A stretch of 42,630 nucleotides of DNA from an uncultured Nitrososphaerales archaeon (GTDB lineage Archaea > Thermoproteota > Nitrososphaeria > Nitrososphaerales > Nitrososphaeraceae): the NCBI GenBank assembly GCA_963709405.1, contig CAVPXM010000044.1:1-42630 (forward strand), in the 5' to 3' direction. Below, piece after piece: positions 22,571-34,140 of the stretch. Within the stretch, counting starts at the first letter, position 1. The number at the start of each line of letters is the position of its first letter. Position numbers and translations under genes: made by a program. Under the pieces are notes generated by a model. The model was not told the DNA's origin. It worked only from the letters and a program-made list of their open reading frames with translations, and searched no databases.

Positions 22571-22773
22571 ATTTTTAGCGAACGTCTATCTCTCATAAAA
22601 GAACTACTCAGTAATGATGATGAACTATTCTAATTTTGAGTATATATCTATGTGTCTAGTTTTCTTCAGAGGTTAAGACATACATATTTTATCTCAGTAG
22701 CAGATCAGATAAATCAATAAGCGCGTTTACCAATCCTTATATTATTTCAGTTATAGACTTAACTCGTTACATA

Positions 22774-23646
22774 TTGAATGAACATGATTTGAAAAAATAC
22801 AGAGTATCAAATAATGAATATAAACCAGTAAGTGTGAACGGACACACAATATTTTATAGTGAATCTAAAAATGGAAATAAAAAGCACGTATTGTTTATTC
22901 ATGGTATTGGTGCGTCGCTTTTTGGTTGGAGGGACATTCCTGATGCGCTATCGGATCGATTTCATACAATTTCCGTGGATTTGATAGGCTTTGGAGGGAG
23001 CAATAAGCCACAAGACGCAGATTATACGATCAAAGGTTTTAGTAAATTTATTATGGACTTCCTTGAAGCAATTAATCTAAAAGGTGAAAAGTTAGCTGCC
23101 ATAGTAGGCCACTCTTTAGGGGGATATATAGCATTACAAATTGCTATCAATAATAAGTATCTGGTAGAAAAGCTCGTATTGATAGATTCATCAGGTCTGC
23201 TTGATGGGCCAACTCCATTACTGCATCAGTATCTCGACGCCGCAATGGAGCCAGATCCTATACTGAGATATAAGAAGGTTCAAAGGACATTTGAGGATCT
23301 GTATGCAGATCGTTCTAGATTGCTTCCAGTAGTAGTCGATACCTTTATTGGAACGATTGGACAACAAGGGGCAAAAAATGCATTCACATCAGCATTTGAG
23401 AACGGTACAAAAACACAAATTGAAGCAGAAGGCTTTAAAGAGATTGAAGCTATTCCTTGCCTGATTCTATGGGGTGAGAATGATAATATGATACCTCTCA
23501 AATATTTTCATAAGTTTAAAGAGAAACTACCAAATGCTGAATACAGAATAATACCAGATTCTGGTCATGCCCCATTTGTTGAGAAGACTGCTATGGTATA
23601 TGAAAAAATTTTTACTTTCATGACACATGATGAACGAAACATGTAA
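22774..23646 (+). CDS. Alpha/beta fold hydrolase
   Basis: HGIG, DLIGFG, GHSLGG, WGEND, SGHAP. Confidence 0.92.
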   Translation: MNEHDLKKYRVSNNEYKPVSVNGHTIFYSESKNGNKKHVLFIHGIGASLFGWRDIPDALSDRFHTISVDLIGFGGSNKPQDADYTIKGFSKFIMDFLEAINLKGEKLAAIVGHSLGGYIALQIAINNKYLVEKLVLIDSSGLLDGPTPLLHQYLDAAMEPDPILRYKKVQRTFEDLYADRSRLLPVVVDTFIGTIGQQGAKNAFTSAFENGTKTQIEAEGFKEIEAIPCLILWGENDNMIPLKYFHKFKEKLPNAEYRIIPDSGHAPFVEKTAMVYEKIFTFMTHDERNM

Positions 23647-23955
23647 ATGCATATAGCGCGCACCCCACTACTTACATACATAATTCTTCTCGTTGTAAAG
23701 ACAAGGAGGTAGTAGCTACTGACTCAAAACAGAAGGTAGGTTTTGAATTCCGCTGTCTTAAATGTGGTCACAGGTGGTCAACTTTGAAGTCATTTATTAA
23801 CAATTCTAGAGCATTCAAGCTCGATGCAACTATCATTGTCTAAGGTGACTATTGCAAAAATCTTAGCTCTAGGTTTTGCTATATTTTATTTCGTTAAGAG
23901 TAACTTTTAAGAGCTATCGGTAAGTCTATAAGCTTTGCTCAAAATTGGATAGAGG

Positions 23956-24339
23956 CTAGATATTTTTCTGGTGGACTCTTGTCGTTGTTATACCTCTTAC
24001 AATTATTATGCATAGAACAATGAAAACGATCTGAAAGAATTCTATCACTACTTCTAATTCACTCACAGCTAATCCCCTTGCCGGTACTGCGGTTATCCAC
24101 AGAATAATTAGGACCACCGTACCACCTATGCCTATGTAATACCAAATGTTGCTCCATATCTTAATGACAGGAACAACCCAGAACAGTTGAGCCAAGCCTG
24201 AGATTATAAAGAATATTGTAACATTTGCAGGCATTTTATTAAAAAACATTGGAACAATTGCGAGATGGAGCATGCCAGCTATAAACGTGGATGAAGCAGC
24301 TCCATAAATTAAAATTTGATTTTTCAATAGAATAATCAT
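23956..24339 (-). CDS. Four-TM membrane protein
   Basis: Four hydrophobic helices with conserved-looking H, Q, E residues. Confidence 0.7.
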   Translation of the reverse strand: MIILLKNQILIYGAASSTFIAGMLHLAIVPMFFNKMPANVTIFFIISGLAQLFWVVPVIKIWSNIWYYIGIGGTVVLIILWITAVPARGLAVSELEVVIEFFQIVFIVLCIIIVRGITTTRVHQKNI

Positions 24340-24687
24340 TTTGAATTATTCTGTACAATATAGATGATTCGCATTAAGAATGGTTGTTCATGCTCAATAT
24401 TTAGTTTAGAACAAATTCTCGGACCGAAGACGTGACCAGTAAATTAAAATTCGGTTTATCTTTTACATAAATGCGAGTTGCATAATTTTATATTGGTAGC
24501 AAATGAGCTAACTTTCCATTTGAATATACTAGTATGTCGCCATTAAATCTTCACTTGTCTAATTTTCGAGCAAGTAGATTTGCTCTAACGTTTGAATCTG
24601 TTTAAAGGATAGCTAAGAAAAAAGAAATGAAAATGCAGGAATAACATTAATAATTGTAGAGCACACAACAGGAATTTATTATTATTA

Positions 24688-26680
24688 TTATAGCCTTCCT
24701 TTGATTGCTTGTATGAACCAGCTTGGAAGTTTATCCTTATTCTTCTTTACAAAATATCCAAATGCTGAATCCAATATGTACGTCTTTGCCCAATCGTCTT
24801 TTGACCTTACAGATCTACCATAGGCTTGTATTAACTTTAATGCTGTTTGCCAGTAATACCATTCTGCATCCACTTCTCTTTTTGCATTCGTCCATTTATC
24901 GCTTTTGTTAGGATAAGGTACCTTGGTTATTATTTGAAACCTAGATAGTTCGTTCTTTAAATCAAGACCTGTATGCAATGATGGTGAGATAAGAACAGTT
25001 GGCTTTGTAGTACTTTTTGTATGCTCAAATATGACATCATCCCTTTGTATTTCTGGGTCTGTTACTAATAATCTTCTTGCATTAGTTTGTGATATATTTT
25101 CCTTTATGAAATTCAGCTGCTCATAGGATGTAGTATGGATTATTCCTTTGTCATTTTTATGCAATGACATTAAATTGTCAACAATCTTTGCAATAGCCAA
25201 TTTTACTTCATTAGATTGTAAGTTATTGTAGTTAAGATATGCAACATTAAGAGGAATGATGGGTCTGCGTTCTAAGGGGAAATCGGATGGAATTTGTATA
25301 AATTTGACTTCATCTGGGTTTAGACCAACATTTCTGCAAAATGTCTTATAGTTTAATATAGTTGCACTCATAATCAATGATTTTGGGCATTTGTCAAATA
25401 GAGCTTTACAATATGTTGATACATCTAATGGTTTTAGTTCAACTTTAACTACTTCATAATTTTCTTTCTTTATCTCAGATACTATCCAATTCTTTTGATT
25501 CGCAAGAATATTGTTTATTGTCCTTGTGAGTCGCTCTGTATCTCTGACTGCATCAATGGCAAGCTCATCTCCGAGATTTGCTGCTGATTTTCTTGATATG
25601 CTTTCATCGTCAGCATATTTTTGTGCAATTTCTTCATCACTATCAAATAAATCAGATGCGGAAACTATTTTCTTTCTGTTGTTAGAGTTGTTGTTCTTTT
25701 TATCTCCTTTTTTTGATGAGACTTTTCCCCTCCAGTAGTTGTATTTGATTTTTCGTTCTATAGCTAACGATTCTGCTAAAGAGCTATTGCCAGTCAAGAC
25801 AAGCATCTTTGTTTCAACTTCTATAAGAAAATCAATCCAATTTTCTATATCATCGTAACCATAATCACTAATCTTTAAATCATGAAGGTATCTTTTCCAC
25901 CTCCTTTTGGATATAGTTAGTCCTCTGAATTTTACAATCTCTGTCTCTAATAGGTGACCCTCATCCAATACCAACAATTCTCTTTCAGGCAGATTTTTCT
26001 TGTTCGGCAAAAGTGCTAAGAAAATGGAATAATTGAATATAGAATGACTTGAAGTTAAGGCCATGTTCAATTGGTTGAAGTATTCGCATGGTTTCCAAGG
26101 ACTTTTTTCTTTCAGGTTTCTTAGGTGCAACCATTGTGAATATTCCTTTTGGTAATAATTTCTGCTATCTTCATCAATGAATACCTGTTCATTCTTTGTT
26201 CCCTTATTACTTATTTTATAATCCTTTAGAAAGGACCTGTATTTGCAGCCGCTATCTTTGAAGGATTCATTAGTCATACAGGGACCATATTCTACTGTTG
26301 TATGATAGCATTCATTTGCATTATCTGAAATACAAATCCCACATCGATACATACCATTTCTGATAAAATCTTCTTTTACTAAACAAGGAAAATTGTTTTT
26401 TCCCTTTGCTACTTTAAGATAGGGAAAATCCCTTGAGTATTGAGTCTGCAAATCCTTGGTAGAAGTACATATATAGCTTGAGCCCAAAGTCATTGCAATT
26501 GTTATAGCCACAGGACTCTTACCAAATCCAGTGGGAGCTTCTAATATAATGTATTTGTAGCCTGAATTAAAAGCATCACATATCTGATTTAGCACTGCTG
26601 TCTGATTATATCGCTGGGATGTAAAAGGAAAATTATTGATAAGATTTGGTATGGTTAATGATGATTGACTGTTGCTGCTA
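24688..26680 (-). CDS. DinG/XPD-family SF2 helicase
   Basis: APTGFGKS, DEGH, SAT, GLD, QAYGRSVR. The frame stays open upstream of 26595 with Q-motif FPFTSQRYNQ. Exact start uncertain (AAT tract). Confidence 0.9.
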
Positions 26681-26852
26681 TTATTATTAATTATTATTAT
26701 CCACCTATGGTCATCTTTCTATTATCATAGTGTCTATAAAAGTCATTGAAATCGCTCTTAAGGTAAAACTTTATCTCTATTAATTGTTGTACTAACTATA
26801 TGTGAACAAACTCTGTAAGTCTAAAGCAGACGGTAACGTATGCAAGAAGAGT

Positions 26853-27287
26853 ATGTTTGTAGGAATGGATGTTCACAAGAACTATCTACAGGTAGCCGTT
26901 CTGGACGAAAAGGAAAGGTACTGGATAATTCTAGAGTAGACAATAACTTGACTAAAGTGAATGAATTCTTCGATAGTCTTCATCCCAGCAATAATACCAA
27001 GGTAGTAATGGAATCATCTGGTATGTGGTACAACATTTATGAATGCCTGAGCAAGAGACACCTTGACGTACGATTATCCAATCCAACCAAGACAAGAGCT
27101 ATTGCCTCAGCTAAAATAAAGACTGACAAACTTGATGCAGTTAAACTAGCTGATTTGCTGAGAGGTGGATACATAGCTGAATGTTATATACCTACTAGAA
27201 GGGACGATGGAACTACGAGAGTTAGTAAGACATAGGTCCGCGTTAGTGAGAATGAGAACTAAACTCAAGAACAAGATATATGCCTAG
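26853..27287 (+). mobile_element. IS110 transposase N-terminal fragment, frameshifted
   Basis: MFVGMDVHK, VMES, KTDKLDA, then ELVRHR..RTKLKN. Confidence 0.88.
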
Positions 27288-27614
27288 ATATGTAAACGTG
27301 TAAGCCTGCGCTTACCTAATTGACTATCTTATTAGTTACCGTGTTCAAACATCATTTCCCATCTAAATAATCATGTGACTTGGCTCATAGACTGGTAGGT
27401 CAACATGCTATTGCTTGCTTGCAGCTATAGTCCAATAATGGATATAGTAGCAATTAAAGTAATGTTTGATTTGTTGAATAATTCACTATGTTGCATGTGA
27501 TAATTGTTTGATCACTTCGCATTTTAGCTTGCCAATATTAACTGTATAGTGTAATTGACTCGTTTTCCTATAATCAATCACTAGTGATAAGACGTGGTCA
27601 AGATTATGCAACAG

Positions 27615-27830
27615 AGCACTTCTCTAGGAACAATTCCTAGCTCAGTCTGAACTATTCGCCCCTCCCTGTACAATTTCTCCATACTATCTTTACTGTAACG
27701 CCAATATCGTGTTATGCCTAAGAATTCATACTTTGGATTATCTTTAGCTGCTCCTCCCCTCGGCCTAGAATATTGTCTAACCAATGTCTCCTTCCGCTCT
27801 TATCCTTGTAATTGTAATACTTTATCGATA
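27615..27830 (-). pseudogene. Fragment of a site-specific DNA methyltransferase (TRD region)
   Basis: AAKDNPKYEFLGITRYWRYSKDSMEKLYREGRIVQT. Confidence 0.65.
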
Positions 27831-28639
27831 TAGATGTCAGAGCAATCAGTAATCTTATTTTAGATCCTTGACGATTATCATTTTATCTACAGTGTTCGCA
27901 CTTTCATATTCATTTGAATCCTTCGATAATCGTTTGTAAATACGAATTCTTCAAAAGGTACTGTTCCCAGATAGAGAAGATGCACATAGTAATAAAAACA
28001 TCTTTTACTTTTGACATTAATGCGTTGACGTCGCTAATGATATTTCCTTTTGTTATTATTTCCAATATTTTCAGCACCTATTAGAAATCCAGCAAGTAAT
28101 ACAAGTCCGACATCGATTAAGAGATCAAGTTCATATCCTCTTAAGAAATCAATTTGTAACACCTGCACTATATCCAAAAATAAAGTCAAGCATATATAAA
28201 AAAAGTCTTTAGTAGCTCATTTCCCTGGATTGAGTGATTGTTCCTTCTATTCTATTCTTGTGCAAATCTAATGGCAACTTACTCCTCCACACTCTAACCT
28301 TAGTTGGGCGTTTTTGTCTCGTGCCGGAACCACAGGTAATCAGCGCTCGGGGAGACCTCTATCTAAACCCATCTACGTGCATAAAGTGGGACTAGCTTGT
28401 CCACCAACCCGTCTACGTTGCTGTTACGTTATCATACCGGTGTCTAATCAATCATTAGAGCAAAACTACTATAGAACAAGACGGTTCAAACTAGACATAG
28501 TCAAATATCTATCGAGGAGTGTGAGTTAGCGAGACAATGTTACTGAGTCTAGATATATGTATACAAACACGTGGGTAAGGTGGTGTGCATAAAAGTGCAT
28601 CATCAAAAATTGAAACTTGTCTAAAGAGTGATGGGAAAG

Positions 28640-29101
28640 CTAACCTATTGTGAATACAAATGGTTTTGTAACGTTACCGGGCTGCCTATTTTCTGTTAGG
28701 TAATAAACAGTGGCGGTCGCTGGAGTTTTCCCAGCCTTGATTGCTTGGTATATTGTCCCAGGAACTGGACCGGCCACTGTAACCTCTTCTCCTTGGTTTA
28801 ATTCGAACGGGGATGAAGTAGCGGTGCAGCCTTGGAATTGATCCTGTCTTATAACCACATTTCTCACGACGCGACGCCCAGCAGGTAACATTATTGTGTC
28901 TGGTGAATTATTAACTACTGTTGCTAATAGTTCAAAATTGCTGCCAGCCTTTACATTTGAAGGTGAGGGATGAATATTTATCAGATCAACCCCTGAGCCT
29001 GTCGCATTCCCAGTCGAATTGGTAGATTGGGAGGATGCATATTGATTCTCTGCTACCTCTGGAAAACACAGGAAAGCAAAAGTGATGAGTATGGCTAACA
29101 C
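28640..29101 (-). CDS. Secreted beta-sandwich hypothetical protein
   Basis: Signal-like N-terminus and Ig-like strand pattern. Confidence 0.6.
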   Translation of the reverse strand: MLAILITFAFLCFPEVAENQYASSQSTNSTGNATGSGVDLINIHPSPSNVKAGSNFELLATVVNNSPDTIMLPAGRRVVRNVVIRQDQFQGCTATSSPFELNQGEEVTVAGPVPGTIYQAIKAGKTPATATVYYLTENRQPGNVTKPFVFTIG

Positions 29102-29329
29102 AGAGGTTGATATATGATCTGCATATAGAATATCTCATTTGATGTTCGCGGGAATATTTCCTTATCTGTCATCTCGAACTGTTTTACTGTTAATCATTTT
29201 AAATCTCTTAAATCTTCTTTACTTGCCTTGTACGTGAACATTCGCTAAAGAAGGACCCCAGAGGAATTCAATCCGCTGTTTATTTAATTTCTGAAAATAC
29301 GCCACGTTTAGAGCACGCACATTTTCATT

Positions 29330-29550
29330 AGTTTGTTCTTTGTTAAACTAGCCCACCCACTCTTTAAGCTATTTTTGACTAAGATCTTTTCAATATTAAC
29401 TCCGACTTTCTGTGCATAAATTTCAACTCTGCTCCTGAGAATCTTTTGAGCCATTCTTTTTAACCACTTTTCATACAAGTCTCTGATCTGCAATTTTCTT
29501 TCTTCATTTATATCTGAGGCCATAACTTCCACTGCGAATTCTCCATCAAG
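29330..29550 (-). pseudogene. YgjP/DUF45 (M48-like) metallopeptidase fragment
   Basis: LYEKWL..RVEIYAQKVGV..WAS. No HExxH region present. Confidence 0.6.
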
Positions 29551-29937
29551 TAGTGGAGATCACCTCATACCATGACTAAATATGCTGTTAGCTATTGTGC
29601 AGCTATTGTTAGTGTTAATCTATAACAGAAAAATATGGATTCATGCGTAATGGTTTGTTAACAGCATTGTAATATCATTAGTAATTACTTTGTAAAGTGA
29701 ATATGATTATTATGACAAACTAATTTTATGACTACAGCTTTAGCTAAGCAGTTTATTCATTGTATTATGAGAGATACATACCTCAAGGATATATCATTGA
29801 AGGAAAGAAACGACCTTCATTGGTTGCTTGACCACGATGGAGAATCTGCGTATCCATATAATGCACTGGACCTACACTCGTCGGCTAGGTATACTATTGT
29901 AATATTCTTTATCTCATGTCTAAAAGATGTCATTACG

Positions 29938-30037
29938 GCGGAAGTAGTGGTGGTGGAGAACATAATATAGGCAGCGGAAGTAGTGGTGGTGGAGAACATA
30001 ATATAGGCAGCGGAAGTAGTGGTGGTGGAGAACATAA
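29938..30037 (+). repeat. 36-bp tandem repeat x~2.7 (GSSGGGEHNIGS) within a gene fragment 29916-30149
   Basis: Read directly. Confidence 0.85.
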
Positions 30038-30292
30038 AGGTGAGGAGATATCCACTATGCCTTCACAAGTGACAGAGGCCATACCTAGCGGGCTCGGCGA
30101 AATGATTCCGTCTCTTGGTCAATTCTCAGTTTCAGGCCCCTTGCCGTAGGCAACTTGACTAACAAGAATGGGGACGCTCAATCATATTTTTATTTAGCAT
30201 AACACTTCTACTTACATGATAACTAGCATTCACTTCTATTCCTCTTTCCATGTTATTTCTTTTTAGGTGATGATATGACAAGAATCTTTATT

Positions 30293-30324
30293 TCTGCTTT
30301 GTTGAAAGACATGTAAAAGTCGCC
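30293..30324 (+). repeat. 32-bp direct repeat shared with 8069-8100
   Basis: One mismatch. Abuts the IS110 upstream non-coding region. Confidence 0.85.
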
Positions 30325-30499
30325 CTCTATAATCAATATGGTTAGCTGACCCCTCATCATGCATGACCATATAGGTCTAGTTTGTTGAATGAGGCGTACC
30401 TACAAGCTGCTGTCAAAGTGAGCCTCGAGCTCTGATAGATGTATGGAGCATAGTCCAGCTATCCATACTGAAAAAAAGAAAAGGAGGTGAGAAAAGAGG
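30325..30499 (+). ncRNA. Candidate IS110 left-end guide (bridge/seek) RNA region
   Basis: GC-enriched ~175-bp non-coding stretch before the transposase, ending in SD GGAGGTGA. Function inferred from IS110 biology. Confidence 0.45.
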
Positions 30500-31585
30500 A
30501 TACCACATAGGAAAAAGAAAGAATCACTGAACTATATAGGACAAGATATTGGAAAACGGAATTGTGTAGTTTATATAATGGATTCGAATGGTTCTATAAT
30601 AGAAGAAACCAATTACAATAATAAGTTGGAACAAGCTGAATCATTTGCTTCATCCATTAAGAGGAAGCATGGTGATGGTATGTCTAAAGCAGTCTGTGAA
30701 TCTACAGGTAACCTTTGGCTAAAGACATACCAGGCATTTGAGAAACATAATATTGATGATAAACTGGCTAATCCTTTGAAAACTAAGGCCATTGCTGAGG
30801 CAAGAATAAAGACCGATAATCTTGATGCTAGAACACTTGCACATCTACTTAGATCAGATCTTGTAGCTGAATGTTACATTGCAGACAGAGAGACTAGAGA
30901 GGATAGGTCATTACTCAGGCTAAGAACAAATTTGGTACAGGATAGAACCAGAGTAATTAATAGAACACATTCATTACTTGATAAATATGATGATATGAAC
31001 TTTAATTATTCCAAGATTTTCGGCATAAAGGGATTACAATGGCTAAAGGATCTAAAAGTAACTGGCAATGACCAGATTTTGCTTCATGAGTACATTGAGC
31101 AGATTGAATTTCTTACTAGAGAGATCAAAAATATTGAATCGAAGATAAGGATAGCGGCATCAGATAATGAATCAGTCAAAATATTCATGAGTATGACAGG
31201 AATAAATTATTTCTCTGCAATGATGATATCATCTGAAATTGGCGATATTAACAGATTTAGTTCACCTCAAAAACTTGTATCATGGGCTGGATTATGTCCA
31301 TCAGTACATCAATCTGGAAACTCATTGTATATGGCAAGGATGAAAGATGGTAATAAAAAGGTAAGATGGATATTAATTGAAGCAGCTAATACTGCATCCA
31401 GAACTGACGGTAGATTAAGGAACTTATATGTAAGACTGGCCAAAAGACATGGGCGTCAGATTGCAGTAACACATGTTGCAAATAAGGTGTGTACTATAAT
31501 GTGGCATATGCTAACATACAAGAGACTATACAATGAAAGAAAGATTGGCCTATATGAAACAAAACTTAAGAGGAGGCAACACTAG
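30500..31585 (+). mobile_element. IS110-family transposase, near intact
   Basis: In-frame upstream YIGQDIGK, CESTG, KTDNLDA, SEIGD..GLCP..QSG. The start after the SD reads ATA. Confidence 0.9.
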
Positions 31586-31774
31586 GATAATAACTACTGG
31601 TCTAAGCAGCATTAGATATTCAGATAGATATAACAGCGATGACTGACGTTCGGTTTTTATATTTTAATGACAAATCTAATTGTATAAATTGCACTTACAT
31701 CCAAACCTACCATACTATGCAGCAGGCAGCTTTGTGGTATTATAAAGGCCACATGAAGCAGAAGAAATCATTTC

Positions 31775-31935
31775 AAGATTAACATTTCCTGGCACTGGTG
31801 ATTTAGTATTGGATCTAATGGTTGGAACTGGAACAAATATTATAGCTGCATTAAATTGTGGTGAAGGAAGGAGAGGAATAGGCATAGAGATCGATCCAGT
31901 TACCTATGATAAAGCTAGAGCAAACGTAACAGCGA
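31775..31935 (+). pseudogene. N4/N6 DNA methyltransferase C-terminal fragment
   Basis: GDLVLDLMVGTGT..AAL..RRGIGIEID. Confidence 0.75.
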
Positions 31936-31963
31936 GAGATAATGGTCAGTCAGGCAGGCAGCA

Positions 31964-32360
31964 TTGGAGCTATCTCGACGTATTACTAAAGTATTAGACG
32001 AAAAAAGAATATCAGAAGGACTAGACTTTATATTAGCTCATCTAAAAGAACCAACATGGCCAAAAAATATATCAACTAAATCAACTCAAGGCAGACGGGT
32101 TCAAGTCAAAAGCAGAGAAGAAGCTTTAGCTTGGTATAAAGCTGCAAACTATCTCGATTGTACGATTAGTGCCTATCCACACCACGGTAATCAACATCAA
32201 AGATCATTAAACTCGAAATATATGATCCATCTTGTCATGATCTATCTAGACATAGCTAATTTCAGATCTCGACAAGCACTAGAAAGAGCCTTGGGCAAAA
32301 CATTAATGAACATCAGAAATATTTTTGGGATAGAATTTAATTCTTCAGTTTTATGGAAAT
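31964..32360 (+). pseudogene. N-terminal fragment of a thaumarchaeal primase-like protein
   Basis: GLDFIL.H..EP.WP..IST..EEAL..AN.LDC.ISAYP..SVLW. Recalled as the N-terminus of PriX-containing proteins. The ORF then runs into unrelated sequence. Confidence 0.6.
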
Positions 32361-32740
32361 CAACGGATCTTCATAACAGCATTATCAGACCAGAGGATAT
32401 GTTGTCCTACTTTATCGATGAAAATGATATCTGTAAAACATGTGGCCACGATCATTCTTGTTATAATCGAAAATTTGAAACAGATCCTTGTAATTATCAA
32501 GATGTACTCCCGAAACTAAAACAACAAAACAACAACCTTTCAGAGCTCTTTCACATCGGGTGATAGACCAAACACAACCGTTAACCAGTAGTAGTTTGAC
32601 CCCCCGTATCAAAATATCGGCGAATGTATTGTTTTCTAAATTTCCGGGTCGAGTATCTACGCTTAATTCCTCATAAGTCATGCCAATCATAAAGTTGTGG
32701 GTATCAAGGGCAACTAGGACACTCGCGATAATTTTATTGT

Positions 32741-33037
32741 CTACCACCATTCTCTGGTATGTTCTGCAGTCCCGAATTCACGGTAGTTTAGTTCATTCAC
32801 AACTATCTTTTCAAGATTTCCAATTGTTTCCTTTATGAGGGACAATTCATCGGCTAGTTTGTTCAGTTCCCTCTTGCTCTGTTCTGAAAGGTACGTAATT
32901 AACTCATCGTCAACATGCCTAGGCATTTTATTGCCGCTACGATATAGCCAATGCTGGACTTTAGATGCTTTATCAACGTCTAACCCATTTTTTTCTAATA
33001 TAATCTTAATTCGTCGAATAGTTTCCAAAAGGTCCAT
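32741..33037 (-). CDS. Hypothetical protein
   Basis: ATG start and charged helical composition. Confidence 0.5.
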   Translation of the reverse strand: MDLLETIRRIKIILEKNGLDVDKASKVQHWLYRSGNKMPRHVDDELITYLSEQSKRELNKLADELSLIKETIGNLEKIVVNELNYREFGTAEHTREWW

Positions 33038-33262
33038 TTCTTAATCATTTAATCATATAAAGTTTATAACAAATTGATCTATGCATTCTAGACATTTCGT
33101 AGAACGATCAAATGTATGAAACTCTAATTCTAGCCAGAATGACTGAAACTTGTTAGTGTTATCCTATTTGTTATAACGTCTAGCTGTAGACAATAGGTGT
33201 ACTATGGAAGTGAGTGTATAATTTTCCTTCCATTTTATTTTATTACTATATTTAACAAGTAT

Positions 33263-33565
33263 GTTGTGACAGAAGAAAGTCAATCAACCCTAAACATTCT
33301 TGATCTCATAAAATGCAAATATGATGTCCGAACGGATGTCAACGATAATAAATATTTCATCATTCTTGCTGGCCCTGCGAAAGGTGTATTATTTGTCACT
33401 GAGGACAGTCCAGACTATATATCTGGTCAGGTTCGAGTAAGGGGAAGAGATCGAGGCAAGTATCCATATAATTACTTGGAAATGATTGACCACATTTTTG
33501 GGAAGGAAGAAAATACCATTGAAGTATGTAGCGGAAGTATCAAGGGAAGAATTGCGACAGCTCCT
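33263..33565 (+). pseudogene. Truncated hypothetical, possibly methyltransferase-like (GKYP..IEVCSG)
   Basis: Motif resemblance only. Collides with the opposite-strand fragment. Confidence 0.4.
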
Positions 33566-33579
33566 CTCTGGAAAGGAAT

Positions 33580-33930
33580 GAATCCTCTTTGTCATTTTTT
33601 TAGGATGTATACTTTCTTCTACTCGACAGATAGTATCTTTACCTATTGCTTTCATATAGATCCTAAATAGGTGATCTAGATGTTTTACCTGGATTTTGAT
33701 CGCTGTGAAATGAAGCAAGTCACTGACTTTAATATCCTTATTAATATCGCATTCTGTTAGCTCCCATTGCAAGATATCTGGAACTATTCTTTCGTGTTTA
33801 TCACATAGCAATCCTATCAGTCCAGATCGTATTTGACCTTGAATCTAAACCGTATTTCATGTAAGGCGTGTTTGTTTGATGGTAGACTATCAATAAATGA
33901 CACGGATGACATTGATGACAGTGAGGCAAC
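33580..33930 (-). pseudogene. Internally deleted mobile-element protein (putative Rep-like)
   Basis: SLSSMSSVSFIDSLPSNKHALHEIRFRFKV fused to GQIRSGLIGLLCD..WELTECDINKD..LFRIYMK..CRVEE. Confidence 0.55.
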
Positions 33931-33957
33931 CAGCGTAGCAGGAAATCACCACACTTC

Positions 33958-34140
33958 ACATCATCTTTTGAACCACTGGTAAATATTTGTCAAATTTATC
34001 TGCGTCAGCCAAATATACAGTATCATACTCCGATTCCCCGAACTTAAATCCCATCTCTTTGTAAGTAGAATCAATTCCATCCTCTTTGTAAGTAGCCGTG
34101 TAGTCATATGCAGGATTTCCTCCTAATTTCTTTCCTAAGT
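33958..34140 (-). pseudogene. PsbP-like protein fragment
   Basis: LGGNPAY..Y..A...KFDKYLPVVQKMM in an unlisted frame. Confidence 0.5.
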
